Part shown: positions 41,101 to 53,884 of the stretch, in pieces
Numbering within the stretch: position 1 is the first letter of the stretch
Layout: every line of letters begins with the position of its first letter
Assembly: GCA_964016885.1 (NCBI GenBank)
Contig: OZ024742.1
Span: forward strand, 359,166,001 to 359,230,000
Source: Eledone cirrhosa
Lineage: Eukaryota
Reading direction: 5' to 3'
DNA: 64,000 nt
The notes under the pieces: generated by a model
Told to the model about the DNA's origin: nothing
What the model saw: only the letters and a program-made list of their open reading frames with translations
Databases searched by the model: none
Position numbers and translations under genes: made by a program

Positions 41101-41747
41101 AGATATGGCGACACTATCAGACGATATTAGATATGGCCACATTATCAGACGATATTAGATATGGCCACACTATCAGACGATATTAGATATGGCGACACTA
41201 TCAGACGATATTAGATATGGCCACACTATCAGACGATATTAGATATGGCCACATTATCAGACGATATTAGATATGGTCACACTATCAGACGATATTAGAT
41301 ATGGCCACACTATCAGACGATATTAGATATGGCCACACTATCAGACGATATTAGATATGGCCACATTATCAGGCGATATTAGATATGGTCACACGATCAG
41401 ACGATATTAGATATGGTCACACTATCAGACGATATTAGATATGGCTACACTATCAGATGATATTAGATATGGCCACACTATCAGACGATATTAGATATGG
41501 TCACACTATCAGACGATACTAGATATGGTCACACTATCAGACGATATTAGATATGGCTACACTATCAGACGATATTAGATATGACCACACTATCAGACGA
41601 TATTAGACATGGCCACACTATCAGACGATATTAGATATGGCTACACTATCAGACGATATTAGATATGGTCACACTATCAGACGATATTAGATATGGTCAC
41701 ACTATCAGACGATATTAGATATGGTCACACTATCAGACGATATTAGA
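38186..41747. repeat. 28-bp satellite, about 127 copies
   Basis: Unit ATTAGATATGG(CG/CC/TC/CT)ACACTATCAGACGAT. Confidence 0.98.
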
Positions 41748-41971
41748 ACGAAGAACTGAAATTGGAAAACCAAATTTCTTTAAGAAAACCGAGTAAAAAC
41801 AATGAAATAGGAAATTAAGCAGCTTCGATGGGGGAACATTCGATTAGTTTTGTTGGTGTTATTTTTTTATTTCCTTCTTAATTTGTCATCTGGCAGGAAG
41901 TAATGTGACTTTATTGATGATATCATGAGAAATATGGTGAAGATAACATCACCAAACAAGTACATAATAAT

Positions 41972-42334
41972 AGTGTGTGTATATATGTGTGGGTGTATGT
42001 GTGTATGTGTATAGATATGTGGGTGGGTGCATGTGTGCGTATGTGCATGTTTGTGTGTGGTGAGTATATATGTGTATGTGAGTGTATATGTGTATGTGTG
42101 TGTTGAGTGTGTATGTATGTGTGTTGAGTACATGTGTGTAAGTGAGTGTAGCTGTGTATGATGTGTGTTGTGTGTGTATGTATGTGTGTATGTATATGTG
42201 TGTGTTGAGTATGTATGTGTGTGTATGTGTGTATATGCATATGTATGCATATGTGTGTATGTATGTGCTTGTGTATGTGTGTATGTATGTGCTTGTGTGA
42301 ATTGTGTGTGTGTGTAAGTGTATATGTATGTGTG

Positions 42335-42365
<31 letters not shown>

Positions 42366-42512
42366 TGAGTATGTATGTGTGTGCATATATGTATATGCAT
42401 GTGTATGCATATGTGTATATGTATGTGCTTGTGTATGTGTGTATGTATGTGCTTGTGTATGTGTGTATGTATGTGCTTGTGTTTGTGTGTTAGTGTGTGT
42501 GTGTGTATGTGT
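41972..42512. repeat. Cryptic (TG)/(TA) simple repeat
   Basis: Direct read; its ORFs are His/Thr/Cys/Val artefacts. Confidence 0.9.
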
Positions 42513-43069
42513 GGCAAGAGAAGGAGGAATCAGAGGAAGTGAAGGCTATAGTGAGAGACAAACAAAGACAAATGAAGAACTGAGAGTCATAAGAGAATAA
42601 AGGAAGCCGAAAGAGTTTGAAAGAAAAACGATTTCCTGTGGAGCCGCAAAAACATGAGATGATAGAAATATGGAAATCATTACAGAATGCAACTGAAGAA
42701 AAATTAATGAAAATGAAGCAAATTTTCCAGGGAGAGTTGCTAGAGTCGGTGATAAGGGATGAATGGATAAGAGAACAACATTGAACAGAAATTACTACTC
42801 ATTAACTAAAGCAGTGAGGTGCCTTCTAAGTATCATGTCTTCCCATGGATATTTTACTAAGAGAAGCTAATATGAATTCAGGTGAAAATCAGAATTTAAT
42901 TATATCTGATAATATTGCAACGTGTATGCACGAATAGTATATGCAGTAAGCCTAGACATTTTTTTTTATTAATTGAAATAACATTTTTGATGATGAGAAC
43001 AATAATTAACAGTATGATTAATTCTGGTCAGAGAAAGCAGGGGAGACAACACAGAAAGTATTATTAACA

Positions 43070-43178
43070 ACCGCCAAGGTTAACTTTGCCTTTCATCCTA
43101 ACGGGGTCGATAAAAAAAAGTACCAGTAATACTCTGGAATAATTGCTGACCTTGTGCCAACAGTAGAAACAATTATTA
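43070..43178 (+). mobile_element. SINE 3' half
   Basis: Same core and tail. Confidence 0.8.
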
Positions 43179-43230
43179 GCTAACAATGTATGAAGCCGGA
43201 TTTTCGGCTTTTGAAGCTTTGAGAATATAT

Positions 43231-43849
43231 ATATATGAAAAAATGGCGTGCTGCCTGGTTGCAAATGGGTTACATATGAATAAAATTAATCCTTCATCAG
43301 TGATCTTCCAGCCTTCATTGGTATTTCATCGCTTTAAAGATCACATACATCTGGTTGTTGCGAGCAACGGCTAAAGAAAGTCGTTGGGACACGTAAATAG
43401 GGGAAACGAGCGAGACATGTAAACAAACAAACAAAGATGGTAATGCAGCGAAAAGTGAGGAAGAAGGAGTCAAGTCCCTGAAATCGATGAACATAAGTTC
43501 TGTGAAATCGTAGACGAGAGATAAAGACCATCCAACCTGGTTGAAATGTGAGCGAGAAAAGGATTTCGCACAGGTAAAACGGGAGGAGGTGATGGAGAGG
43601 GAGTAGCAGAGAGTGAGTGGGTGAAAGTGTGAGGAAGAGGCTAACTGAGAGTGTGACTGGCAGAGGGCGTAAAAACAAAGTGAGAGATACAGAGAAAGGG
43701 GAAGCAGTAAGAAAGAAACAGACGGGTCATAGCGGAGGAAAATATATAAATATATGAAAAATGGCGTGCTGCGTGGTTGCAAATGGATTACATATGAATA
43801 AAATTAGTCCTTCATCAGTGATCTTCCAGCCTTCATTGGTATTTCATCG

Positions 43850-43854
<5 letters not shown>
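43231..43854 (-). repeat. ~518-bp non-coding unit plus ~105-bp terminal direct repeat; PLE/retrozyme-like; relative at ~48380-48655 (+)
   Basis: 43231-43336 recurs at 43750-43854; minus strand has CTGATGA-aGGATTA... but no intact GAAA; (TA)n at the right. Confidence 0.7.
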
Positions 43855-43895
<41 letters not shown>

Positions 43896-43896
<1 letters not shown>

Positions 43897-44300
43897 AATT
43901 TCGTATTTCTAAAGAAATACGGTATGTATATAGATAAGCATTTAGAAAGCTGTAGCTATGCAAAAATACTGGAGGCTGCCGCTCCTTGTTGGTGTCCGGC
44001 AGAAGCAAGGGGAGCAATCGTCATTGTATTTCAGACATAACTAGTCTTCATCGGAACGATAGCCCCTACGCTTGCGCCTGCTGGACTTCAAAACAGGCGA
44101 GAATATATAGTTTTCTCGTCTGTGTATATGAGGTGAATCATCTCATTTGCATATGAAGCTGCATAAGTTGGTTCAAATTATAATAGAATAGAAATAGGAT
44201 TTAGCTTCAAACATAGCTGTATACAGATATGTATTGGAATTTCGTATTTCTAAAGAAATATGGTATGTTTATAGATAAACATTTTGAAAGCTGTAGCTAT
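43896..44300. repeat. ~341-bp unit plus ~64-bp terminal direct repeat with a decayed HHR-like motif (44018-44059, minus)
   Basis: GAATTTCGTATTTCTAAAGAAATA...CTGTAGCTAT twice; minus TCGTT-CCGATGA-AGAC(tagttat)GTCT-GAAA-tacaat-GACGA. Confidence 0.6.
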
Positions 44301-44784
44301 ATCTGTGAATAATCTAGTTTCTGCCGAGGTGGGTAAACTCTCCAAATATCAGTTGCTATCCGACAGGTTTGCTGTCTAGCTCATGACAGTGGAAACTTCT
44401 GGCATCCTTGACGCTAGGGCCATCTCCCTACTCACCACCATCGGCACGGTTTGCTACCTGAATATGTAAGCTTTGCCAGCCGGAGTGGTTCTTCCAACGT
44501 GTCTCCTTCACCATGCTCCCGTGAAACGCTCTTTCTATTCTCTCCACCGGGGCCACGGGGTGGCGAGCGCGTGGGCACCCATTTACTTATAACAGTGAGA
44601 GATGAGGATAGCGAGAGAGACGGAGGCAATGAATGAAAGAGTGAGAACATCAACACTTAATTACTTCTCCATTTATATTCCAATATGATGTATAAATGTT
44701 CTAAATCCCAGTAACTGTGTAGTAGTATTACAGCTAATATTATTCTTATCAGTATTATTGTTTTTATTATTATCCATCTTTGAG

Positions 44785-45510
44785 GACAGTGGATTGGCAG
44801 TATCGGTAGAGGGTCGGACGCCATGCTTTCCAGCATAGTTACGTGCCTTTACGGTCTGAGTTCAAATCCCGTCGAGGTTAACATTGCTTTTCATCCTTAC
44901 GGGGTCGATAAGATGAAGTACCAGTAATGTACTGGGCAATTGCTTGCCTTGTGCTAAATGTAGAAACAATTATTTTCCTTCTTTGTGAGGGCGGTGGATT
45001 TGCAGTATCGGTAGAGGGTCGGACACCATGCTTTGCAGCATACAGTTACGTCCCTCTATGATCTGAGTTCAAATCCCGCCGAGGTTATCTTTGCCTTTCA
45101 TCTTTACGGGGTAGATAAAATAAAGTACCAGTCACGCATTGGGTCGACTTAATCGAATTTCCCCTCCTCCAAAATTGCTGGCCTTGTGCCTATATAAGGA
45201 ACCATTATTATTTGTTTTTGTTTACGCAACCATTACCAGCTTTCTACTCCTACTACTCTTTATTTCCGCATCCCCACTGTCTTCTATTTCCATTATTTGC
45301 AGTGGATTGGCAGTATCGGTAGAGTGTCGGACAATATGAATTGCAGCATAGAATTACGGCCCTTTGTGTTCTGAATTGAAATCCGCCGAGGCTAGATTTT
45401 ACTTTTATTCTTACAGGGTCTATAAAAGAACGTACCAGTAATGCACTGGGATCGATTTAATCGACTTTCCTCTTCCAAAAATTGCTGACCTTGTGCCTAT
45501 AGAAAAATAC
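44785..45510 (+). mobile_element. Three closely spaced, same-orientation SINE copies
   Basis: GTGGATT(G/T)GCAGTATCGGTAGAG heads at ~44788, ~44994 and ~45302, each followed by core and tail. Confidence 0.85.
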
Positions 45511-45886
45511 TTATTTGGTTGGAATACATCGAAAGACAAAGAGAGTAACCGTCACATTAGTGACTTCGAAGGGAAAGGTTGAATGTGCGGCTTGACATGT
45601 TCAGTACAGTTGCACCCAGTTTTGTTGAATGATACATAAGTAGCAAATTCTGATTTAATAAATCTTACCTAATTAGTATTTTATATTTGCTGCAGCTGCT
45701 TCAAATCTTCATAAATATTCTATTTTACCATTTCGAATTTAAATATTAAATGGAACTCTCTAACGTCTGTTGATATCAACACTAACTCCTGCAATGTTGT
45801 TCATTATAACTTATTACATTCTGAACTGTAGTGAACTAAAATAGTAGTCGTATGTTCTCGACATATTTAATTTATCGTGGACTGGT

Positions 45887-45957
45887 CAGGGCCGGATTTC
45901 ATAAGGGGCAAAAGAGGCAATTGCTCCAGGTCCCACACTCTGGGGGGGGGGGGGGCA
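45887..45957. mobile_element. One end of the same hAT-type MITE family
   Basis: CAGGGCCGGATTTCATAAGGGGCAAAAGAGGCAATTGCTCCAGGTCCCACAC resembles the reverse complement of 37855-37917. Confidence 0.65.
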
Positions 45958-46011
45958 ATGACAGGCGCAGCATATGTATATATGGCTGCGTATGCATCTA
46001 TTCGTTTCTTT

Positions 46012-46202
46012 ATAATATTGTTTCTACTTTTGGCACAAGGCCAGCAATTACCCAGTACATTACTGGTACTTTATTTTATCGACCCTGTAAGGATGAAAGG
46101 CAAAGTTAACCTCGGCGGGATTTGAACTCAGAATGGAAAGGGCCGCAACTCTATGCGTCAAAGCATGACGTCCGACCCTCTACCGATACTGCCAATCCGC
46201 CA
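46012..46202 (-). mobile_element. SINE copy, near full length
   Basis: Very similar to 7164-7353. Confidence 0.88.
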
Positions 46203-48178
46203 ATATTGAATTACAATACTGCTATATAGAAAAGTTTATGAATAAATTTGTGCTCACAAAATATATTATATGCGACATAATTTTTCCTGAATGCGACAGA
46301 TACAGTTAATAGCCTGGATAACTGATATTCTTCAAGTAATTTGCAAATCTGTGATACAGGTATGTAATCAGATAGATTCAACGAAGTTGTTTGATATTTT
46401 AAATTAAAATATGAAAACTTGAATATAAATCAATGACATTTCCTTGGTTGCATAAAACGACATGAAGAGTGAGTTATTAATAAGGATTTCTCAATGTAAC
46501 CTGAGTGCCTGTTAATGTTTGTTGTATTTCAAAATAACCCCCAAAACGTAATACTTATACTGCCATATGGTGTAAACAATTGATTAATTGTTGTGGCCAT
46601 TTCGTTGTGACCCATGACTCAGATATAATATGTCGGATAGTTGCCAACGTCAGATATTTATAGGATCATAAATGTTATGTCAAGGAAGAAATTGTTATAT
46701 CTAAAAACAATATATACTAATACCTTAATATTTATAAATGATTGGAAACCAAAAAACAAAGTAATCTCCAGACTCTTGTTGACATTTAAACATATTTTTA
46801 CTTAAATAAATGTTTTTAAAATGTACTAAAATATTCACAAAAATACACAGAAGAATAAGGTATTTAACGAAATTACTTAACCTCTACAAAATACTTCAGT
46901 AATGCTGGTCTAGTCACTGCTTCCGTCTCTCTCATTCTCCTCATCTCTCACTATTACTACAAATGTGGGCTCACGCTCTGGCCAGCCTGTGGCCCCGGGG
47001 TGGACAGAATAGAGAAGGCATTTGTGCGGAGGATGGTGTGGGAGATATGTTGGAAGAGACATTCCAGTTCACGAGGCTCACACCTTCAGATACCCAACTC
47101 CGTGCTAATTGTGGTGAGTAGGTAGGTGGTCCTAGAACCAAGGACACAAGAGATCTCCTACTGTAAAAATATATAAATGTGTAATCTATTTCACTGTGAT
47201 TTGAAACTTTGAAATGTTTCCGTCATTGATAAAACTTGGTAAAATAAAATCGTACAATTATTTGTTCAAGCATTGCTTTTTTCTTTGCCATAAATCCTTT
47301 CATGGACTTTTTTTTTTTTTTTTGCTGTCCATCTTCATTTACTACACCTATGATCAAAGCTGTTTTAGCCAAGATAATTCCGCACTGTAGCATATTGAAA
47401 TGATATATTCTGTGTAGGTTTTACGTCATAAATTGTCAACGAAAAAATAAAGAAAGAAAAGCAATGAAACATTACAGCTCTTCTTACTTGACCCTTTACC
47501 TATCTGGAAATGGTAAAATTGAGTTCAAAAATGTTGGCCACATAAATGCTTCATAACATAGTGATGCTAAATTCGAGACGCAATTGCCAGTAAATGTGTT
47601 TCATTAAGAACTATTTTAGTACAAACATTGTGTGAATCTAAGCTCCATGGTCAGAAACTTATACTAAGCAAGATATAATTATAACAGCCACCATTTACGG
47701 AACAAAACGAGTGACGTTCACGGCGTGAAACTTGGTTTCTTTTCCGACATAATCGAAGCTACTGAAAACAAACCATTGAGAAAAGAGACAAAATAGTAGT
47801 TCAGTATAAAATCACATTGATGGACATATTCAAGATTTAACCAGACGTCACTTTAACTACATTAGTTGTAGAAATAATATATGCAGAGTGGTTTAAAGAT
47901 AGATTTTAGTTTGAATATAAGCAACAGTCTGAAATGGAAAAATAAGCAGAAAGAAGCAGGCAAATGACTTGACACTAACTATGCATCAGACGCTCGATAG
48001 ACTGGTAGTATCAACATCTATTTGAAAAATGCAAACTCCATTAACTAAAATTTTGGCTATTAAAGGAAATTTTTAACCATTATAATTATATCCACAATTA
48101 TATAACGAATCAATTCAAAGGCTCTACCCCTCTCTATCAAGCTCACTGTCACTCTCTAGCTCAATATATATATATATA

Positions 48179-48263
48179 TTAAAATAACAGATTAAAGTTT
48201 CAGAAGATCCCATTAAGGGTGAAAGCAGCGATTGTTTGCTTAAACTTTAATCTGTTATTTTAA
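48179..48263 (+). ncRNA. Hammerhead-like motif closed by a 22-bp stem I, with CAGAAGA core variant
   Basis: TTAAAATAACAGATTAAAGTTT-CAGAAGA-TCCCattaaGGGT-GAAA-GCAGCGATTGTTTGC-TT-AAACTTTAATCTGTTATTTTAA; second copy on minus strand at ~58869-58925. Confidence 0.55.
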
Positions 48264-48669
48264 GAAATATTTGCTCTAGGGTTCTTATATATTTGATATA
48301 TATTTATCCTTATCGAGCCCTCTTTGGATTTTAGTCTTCACATTTATTATTATTACTTTATATGTATGTATATATACGGTCTGCTGTCTCTCTCGCCCAT
48401 GAAATTCACCCAGCTTAAGCTGAACGGATACCATGTGCTTGTTTCTTCCTATCTTTCCGTTGCTATACCTTATATGTTTGTTTACTTGTCTCGCTCGCTT
48501 TACGCGTTTACTTGTCCCAATAGCTTTATTCAGCTATTGCTCGCACCAACTGGAGGTATATGATTTTTAAAGCGATGAAATACCAATGAAGGTTGGAAAA
48601 TCACTGATGAAGGACTATTTTTTTCATATGTAACCCATGTGCAACCACGCACCACTCAATTCCTCTCAT

Positions 48670-48749
<80 letters not shown>

Positions 48750-48887
48750 CTTTACATGTACATAAACTAGACAGAGTCATATATATATATATATATATAT
48801 GTGTGTGTTTTGGCAACCATTCATGGTGTGGCTCAATGACGAATTAATTAATTAAATAATCAACTATCAGAGCAATATATAAGAAAG

Positions 48888-49201
48888 TAAGTCCATAGAA
48901 TCATTTGATAAAATATATACAGTATGTTTATGTACATTTTTTCTTCTAACTTTAATTTTGTACCTAATTGTATATGGTTGGCTATATGTCTAATCAGTTT
49001 CTACGGGCTATTAGAAACACTGGGTAAATCTTCTGTGGCTGTTGATCGCGGATAAAATAGCTATCATTTATTTATCTATTGTTTCTTCATAGGTGCATTT
49101 TAAACTTAAAGCCTCGTTTAATTTTGTTTTTGTGTGGTTAATTATGCTGATTGGGAGGAGAATTACTGTATATATTTTATCAAATGATTCTATGGACTTA
49201 T
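48888..49201. repeat. Dispersed non-coding repeat with short terminal inversion (48890-48924 / 49163-49200); opposite-orientation copy at ~58537-58810
   Basis: GTCCATAGAATCATTTGATAA occurs in three places; body aligns by eye; TA-rich flanks. Confidence 0.75.
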
Positions 49202-49341
49202 ATTTATATATAAATATATATATATATATATCTATATCCAAAATTAAGATAATCAAAATTATGGGTGTCATGCTAGAAAGACATGCGCCATATCATCCGC
49301 AAAATAAGCTCTAAGATTCTAACGAATAGGTCCGAGCATTT

Positions 49342-49631
49342 TATAATAACTAGAAATTGATTAACATATAAATAAACATGAATAATCACAGGAGATAATG
49401 TTTACAAGTGTGTAAGTACACATAGCTAGGTAACTAAATAAAGTTAACCAGAACTTCAAAAATAGATACCTTATAATATGATGAAGATTAATCATATTAT
49501 AAGGTATCTATTTTTGAAGTTCTGGTTAACTTTATTTAGTTACCTAGCTATGTGTGCTTACACACTTGTAAAATTTATCTCCTGTGATTATTCATGTTTA
49601 TTTATATTTTAATCAATTTCTAGTTATTATA
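49342..49631. repeat. Fold-back palindrome, ~140-bp arms, 8-nt loop
   Basis: ...CCTTATAATATGAT-gaagatta-ATCATATTATAAGG...; right end runs into (TA)n. Confidence 0.93.
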
Positions 49632-49671
49632 TATATATACTCTCTTTTATATATATATATATATATCACTC

Positions 49672-49719
<48 letters not shown>

Positions 49720-49725
<6 letters not shown>

Positions 49726-49900
49726 GAGTGAGGTTTTTTTATAACAAAAACGAGATGTTCTACACGGGTTAAAGTATGAGGAAGAGAAATCTAAAATGCC
49801 ACTGGAGTCTTTTTAATAATATTTATTTACTTCCCTTACCGGTTACACATTTCTTTTGCTCTTCAAAAGGATAATTGAGATGTAGTGTATGTGGTTTGTC
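49720..49900 (-). repeat. Diverged copy of the HHR-bearing repeat family of 51848/63673
   Basis: Minus TCCTT-TTGAAGA-GCA...TGT-GTAA-CCGG-TA-AGGGA at 49832-49871 (GAAA mutated). Confidence 0.7.
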
Positions 49901-50569
49901 TTGCATCTGATTCGTGTTCGAAAGTTCTGTCTGTCTTATGTGGAAAGAGTGGTTCGAATTGCTGGGGCTTTTTATTTTTTTACAGTAATTTGATTGGTTG
50001 GTGACTGTCACGTGAATAAATGCAATAAATTTCGCGCCAGTTCGTGTTTGTGGGCTCTTTATTGCTATTTTAATTGTTAGACACAGTCACATGATTGGTC
50101 ATATAATATAGGTGCCAGAAAAGAATGGTTTGTCATAGAGGGTCTAGTACCAAACAAAAGATAATCGTCAAGAAATGGTAAGGGAAAAATAGTTCTGGTT
50201 CAGTGAGTATGGCTGATGTCGTACTGAGGTGTCAAAATTCAGACTTTCTATTGAAATAAATTGAATGTTCGTGTCGGTGGTGGTGGCGATGTTGGTGGCA
50301 GGGTAGAAAAGAGAAATATATCTTTTTTATTTGTACATAGTTGTGGGTGGGTGTGTAGCAAAGCAGTTTATCGTCTTGATAATAGAAATAAAAATGATTC
50401 CATTAGTAGAACTGGAGAAGTATGTGTGTGTGGGGGGTGGGGGTGTATGTGAGTGCATGTGCATGGGTAGATGGTTAGCTTCTTATGGTGTTAAAATATT
50501 AACGTATATTAAATATATTTAATCCTGTTCTATATTTTTGAATAAACATATTTTACTTATTTATGTATA

Positions 50570-50905
50570 TGATGATGGCTGCCCCCTCGTTATCGAGTAT
50601 TGCACAATATAACATTATTAATAATTATCAATTAATGCTATCGTGCAATGCCTGTGCGGTTTTAAGTGAGGAGAGACTGTGCACTGAGCCAATCCCACTT
50701 TCTGAGTGACAGTAGCTATAACCCGAAAAAAAAAAGAACAGATCAACATCATCGGTAACTACTGAGCCGCAGGTTTTATATCGGAGTTATCCCAGTTTCC
50801 TGAGTTTCCTTCTCCTAGAAGAATGCCCTGACAAACGCTCGGGGTCCTTCACTCCCAGTGGTTTAACCACGCGTTCGGGTATCCAGCCCGATTATTTCTA
50901 TGTCC
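50570..50905 (-). mobile_element. Probable RTE-derived non-autonomous element remnant
   Basis: AGTTTCCTTCTCCTAGA and TGATGATGGCTGCCCCCTCG recall RTE-type 5' UTR and 3' end motifs; recognition from memory only. Confidence 0.35.
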
Positions 50906-50946
50906 CCTCGCATATACACACATGCATATACATATATATATAAATG

Positions 50947-51500
50947 GAAAAATGAAATTCCATTTCTCACTCTTAGTACGGCTGATACTTAAATATAAGT
51001 ATGTACACGTACATACATATATGTATACAGACGTACAGTAGTATGTACATACATACATACATGTACGTATTGGTTTACCGAACATTTATTATAATGTTCG
51101 GTTTGTTTGTAAACAAACAGCCCGAATTAAGCCGTACAATGTTCGGCAACCATTGTTGCCCTTTTGTTCAACCCTGACAAAGGAACGATGAACAACTTTC
51201 TAGCTTACTATCTGTCATCAGCACTGTATACCTTCCTGTCAGTCGATTGAACGTTTGAAAGTATATACTTTCCTTATGCATACTAACGGCTGAGCAGCCT
51301 AATTTGCATATCGAGTGAGTTAGTCGGCCGGGCGTACCGAAAACGAGAAATAGAAAAATGAAATTTCATTTCTCACTCTTAGTACGGCTGATACTTAAAT
51401 ATAACTATGTACACGTACATACATATATGTATACAGACGTACAGTAGTATGTATATACATGCATACATGCAGACAAATATATATGTACGTATGGGTTTAC
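50947..51500. repeat. ~406-bp unit plus ~140-bp terminal direct repeat; possible decayed HHR at 51188-51224 (minus)
   Basis: GAAAAATGAAAT...CTCACTCTTAGTACGGCTGATACTTAAATATAA at 50947 and 51353; minus GTG-CTGATGA-CAG...CTA-GAAA-gttg-TT-CAT. Confidence 0.65.
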
Positions 51501-51574
51501 ACATATATATATATATGTACATATATATACACATATATATAAATATATATATTATATACACATATATATAAATA

Positions 51575-51655
<81 letters not shown>

Positions 51656-51803
51656 AATATACACATTTTTGGATGGCCGTTGACTTTTATGAGTTCTTCC
51701 ATCCTTTGTCAAGTTTTGTTTTTTGTCCAGCAGGGTTTCCTCACCAACTAAACTTAGTGGGTTTGCCGGTTTAGTCGCCGACGACTCGATCATTTATATA
51801 CAT

Positions 51804-51853
<50 letters not shown>

Positions 51854-51985
51854 GTGAGGTTTTTTTTACAAAATGAAAAATAACCGAGGTGTCCTACACG
51901 AGTGAAAGTATAAAGAAAAAGAGATGAAATCGAAAATGCAACTGGAGTCTTATTTTTTTATTAAATATATATATTTATTTGGTTA

Positions 51986-52021
51986 CTTTACCGGTTTCGC
52001 AGTTCTTCTGCTTTTCAAAAG
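51986..52021 (-). ncRNA. Minimal HHR, U3-A8 core variant, inside repeat 51848-52055
   Basis: Minus CTT-TTGAAAA-GCAG(aagaa)CTGC-GAAA-CCGG-TA-AAG, followed by AATAAA. Confidence 0.65.
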
Positions 52022-52053
52022 GTGAGTTGAGATGGAGGGTCTGTGGTTTTTCT

Positions 52054-52095
<42 letters not shown>

Positions 52096-52158
52096 TGTGT
52101 GCGTGCCTGATGGTAGCTAAGATGCTTCCATAAGCGGTTTGTCGGTCGAACCTGCGGC

Positions 52159-52913
<755 letters not shown>

Positions 52914-53576
52914 TAGCAGAATGGCCCGGCGTTGTTCGTGATTCTAAACATAGATTGGCATGTTAATCCCTCCTTTCTGAAACAGTACACAGAAGTACGG
53001 AATACCTCTGTCTTGCGACCGTCGAATAGCAGATTCCACTGACGATTCGTTTCCCCGCCTTGTTCTTTAACTTGCCGCTTTCGCAGTATTTCGGCCAATG
53101 GGGTATCTCTTCCTTCGAGGCATGACCTAAAAGCAGGATGAAGTACACCAAGACTAACTGGTAGAGTAAGGAGTACGCTCGTCAATAATGTATGTGATTT
53201 TCGAACCGTTGTGCAATTGCTGGCCTTGTGCTAAAAGTAGTGGGACTTTTGGGTGTCATATCGGCAGTAACAATGACGATAAGCAGTCTGTGCTTTCGTG
53301 AGATAAATACGTTTATTTATATTTTATTTTTGTGTATGCGAAAATATCCGTACACGAATATATATATATATTGTTATACTTGGGGAGGGTCATATTTGTG
53401 TAATATTGCCAGAATTAATAACAGGACACACTCACTGTTTGGTTGGTTTTTGCTTCTAGCTTCTGTGTCTTTTATATCGGTAATCTAACTTACTCGGTCC
53501 TCAATGTTGCCATTGACTGACCGACGGTCAAAAATAATACAGATGCAATATAGACACAAACACATATATATAGTTT

Positions 53577-53618
53577 ATCATAAATCTTTCGTTGCACATC
53601 TGCAACATCGTCAGTGGT
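53577..53618 (-). ncRNA. HHR motif in the PLE 3' pLTR (same motif at 57688-57729)
   Basis: Minus ACCA-CTGACGA-T-GTTGCA(gatg)TGCAAC-GAAA-GATT-TA-TGAT; same sense as the ORF; weak stem I. Confidence 0.7.
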
Positions 53619-53884
53619 GCTATCTTTTCCTCCTGTTGTATTGTATGTCTACGCCATTTTTATTCAGTCTGTCTATATATTTATTTATTTATGTGCTTGT
53701 TTGTTTATTTTATTTTGTTTTCTTTGCGCATGGGTTTGCGTGTGTGTATAGTGTTTTGTTTGCTGTGTGATGGGTGACACGTGTGTGTTTATGTGCTTGT
53801 TGTTATTGTGCTTGTGTATGTATTTATTTATTTATTTATTTATTTATTTTATTTTATTTACTTATTTATACTTCTCTTAGGTCA

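Noticed and set aside
38186-41747. 28-bp array as a CRISPR or tandem ribozyme array
   Set aside because: No unique spacers, no cas genes, eukaryotic context; minus strand has CTGATAG, not CUGANGA, and no GAAA
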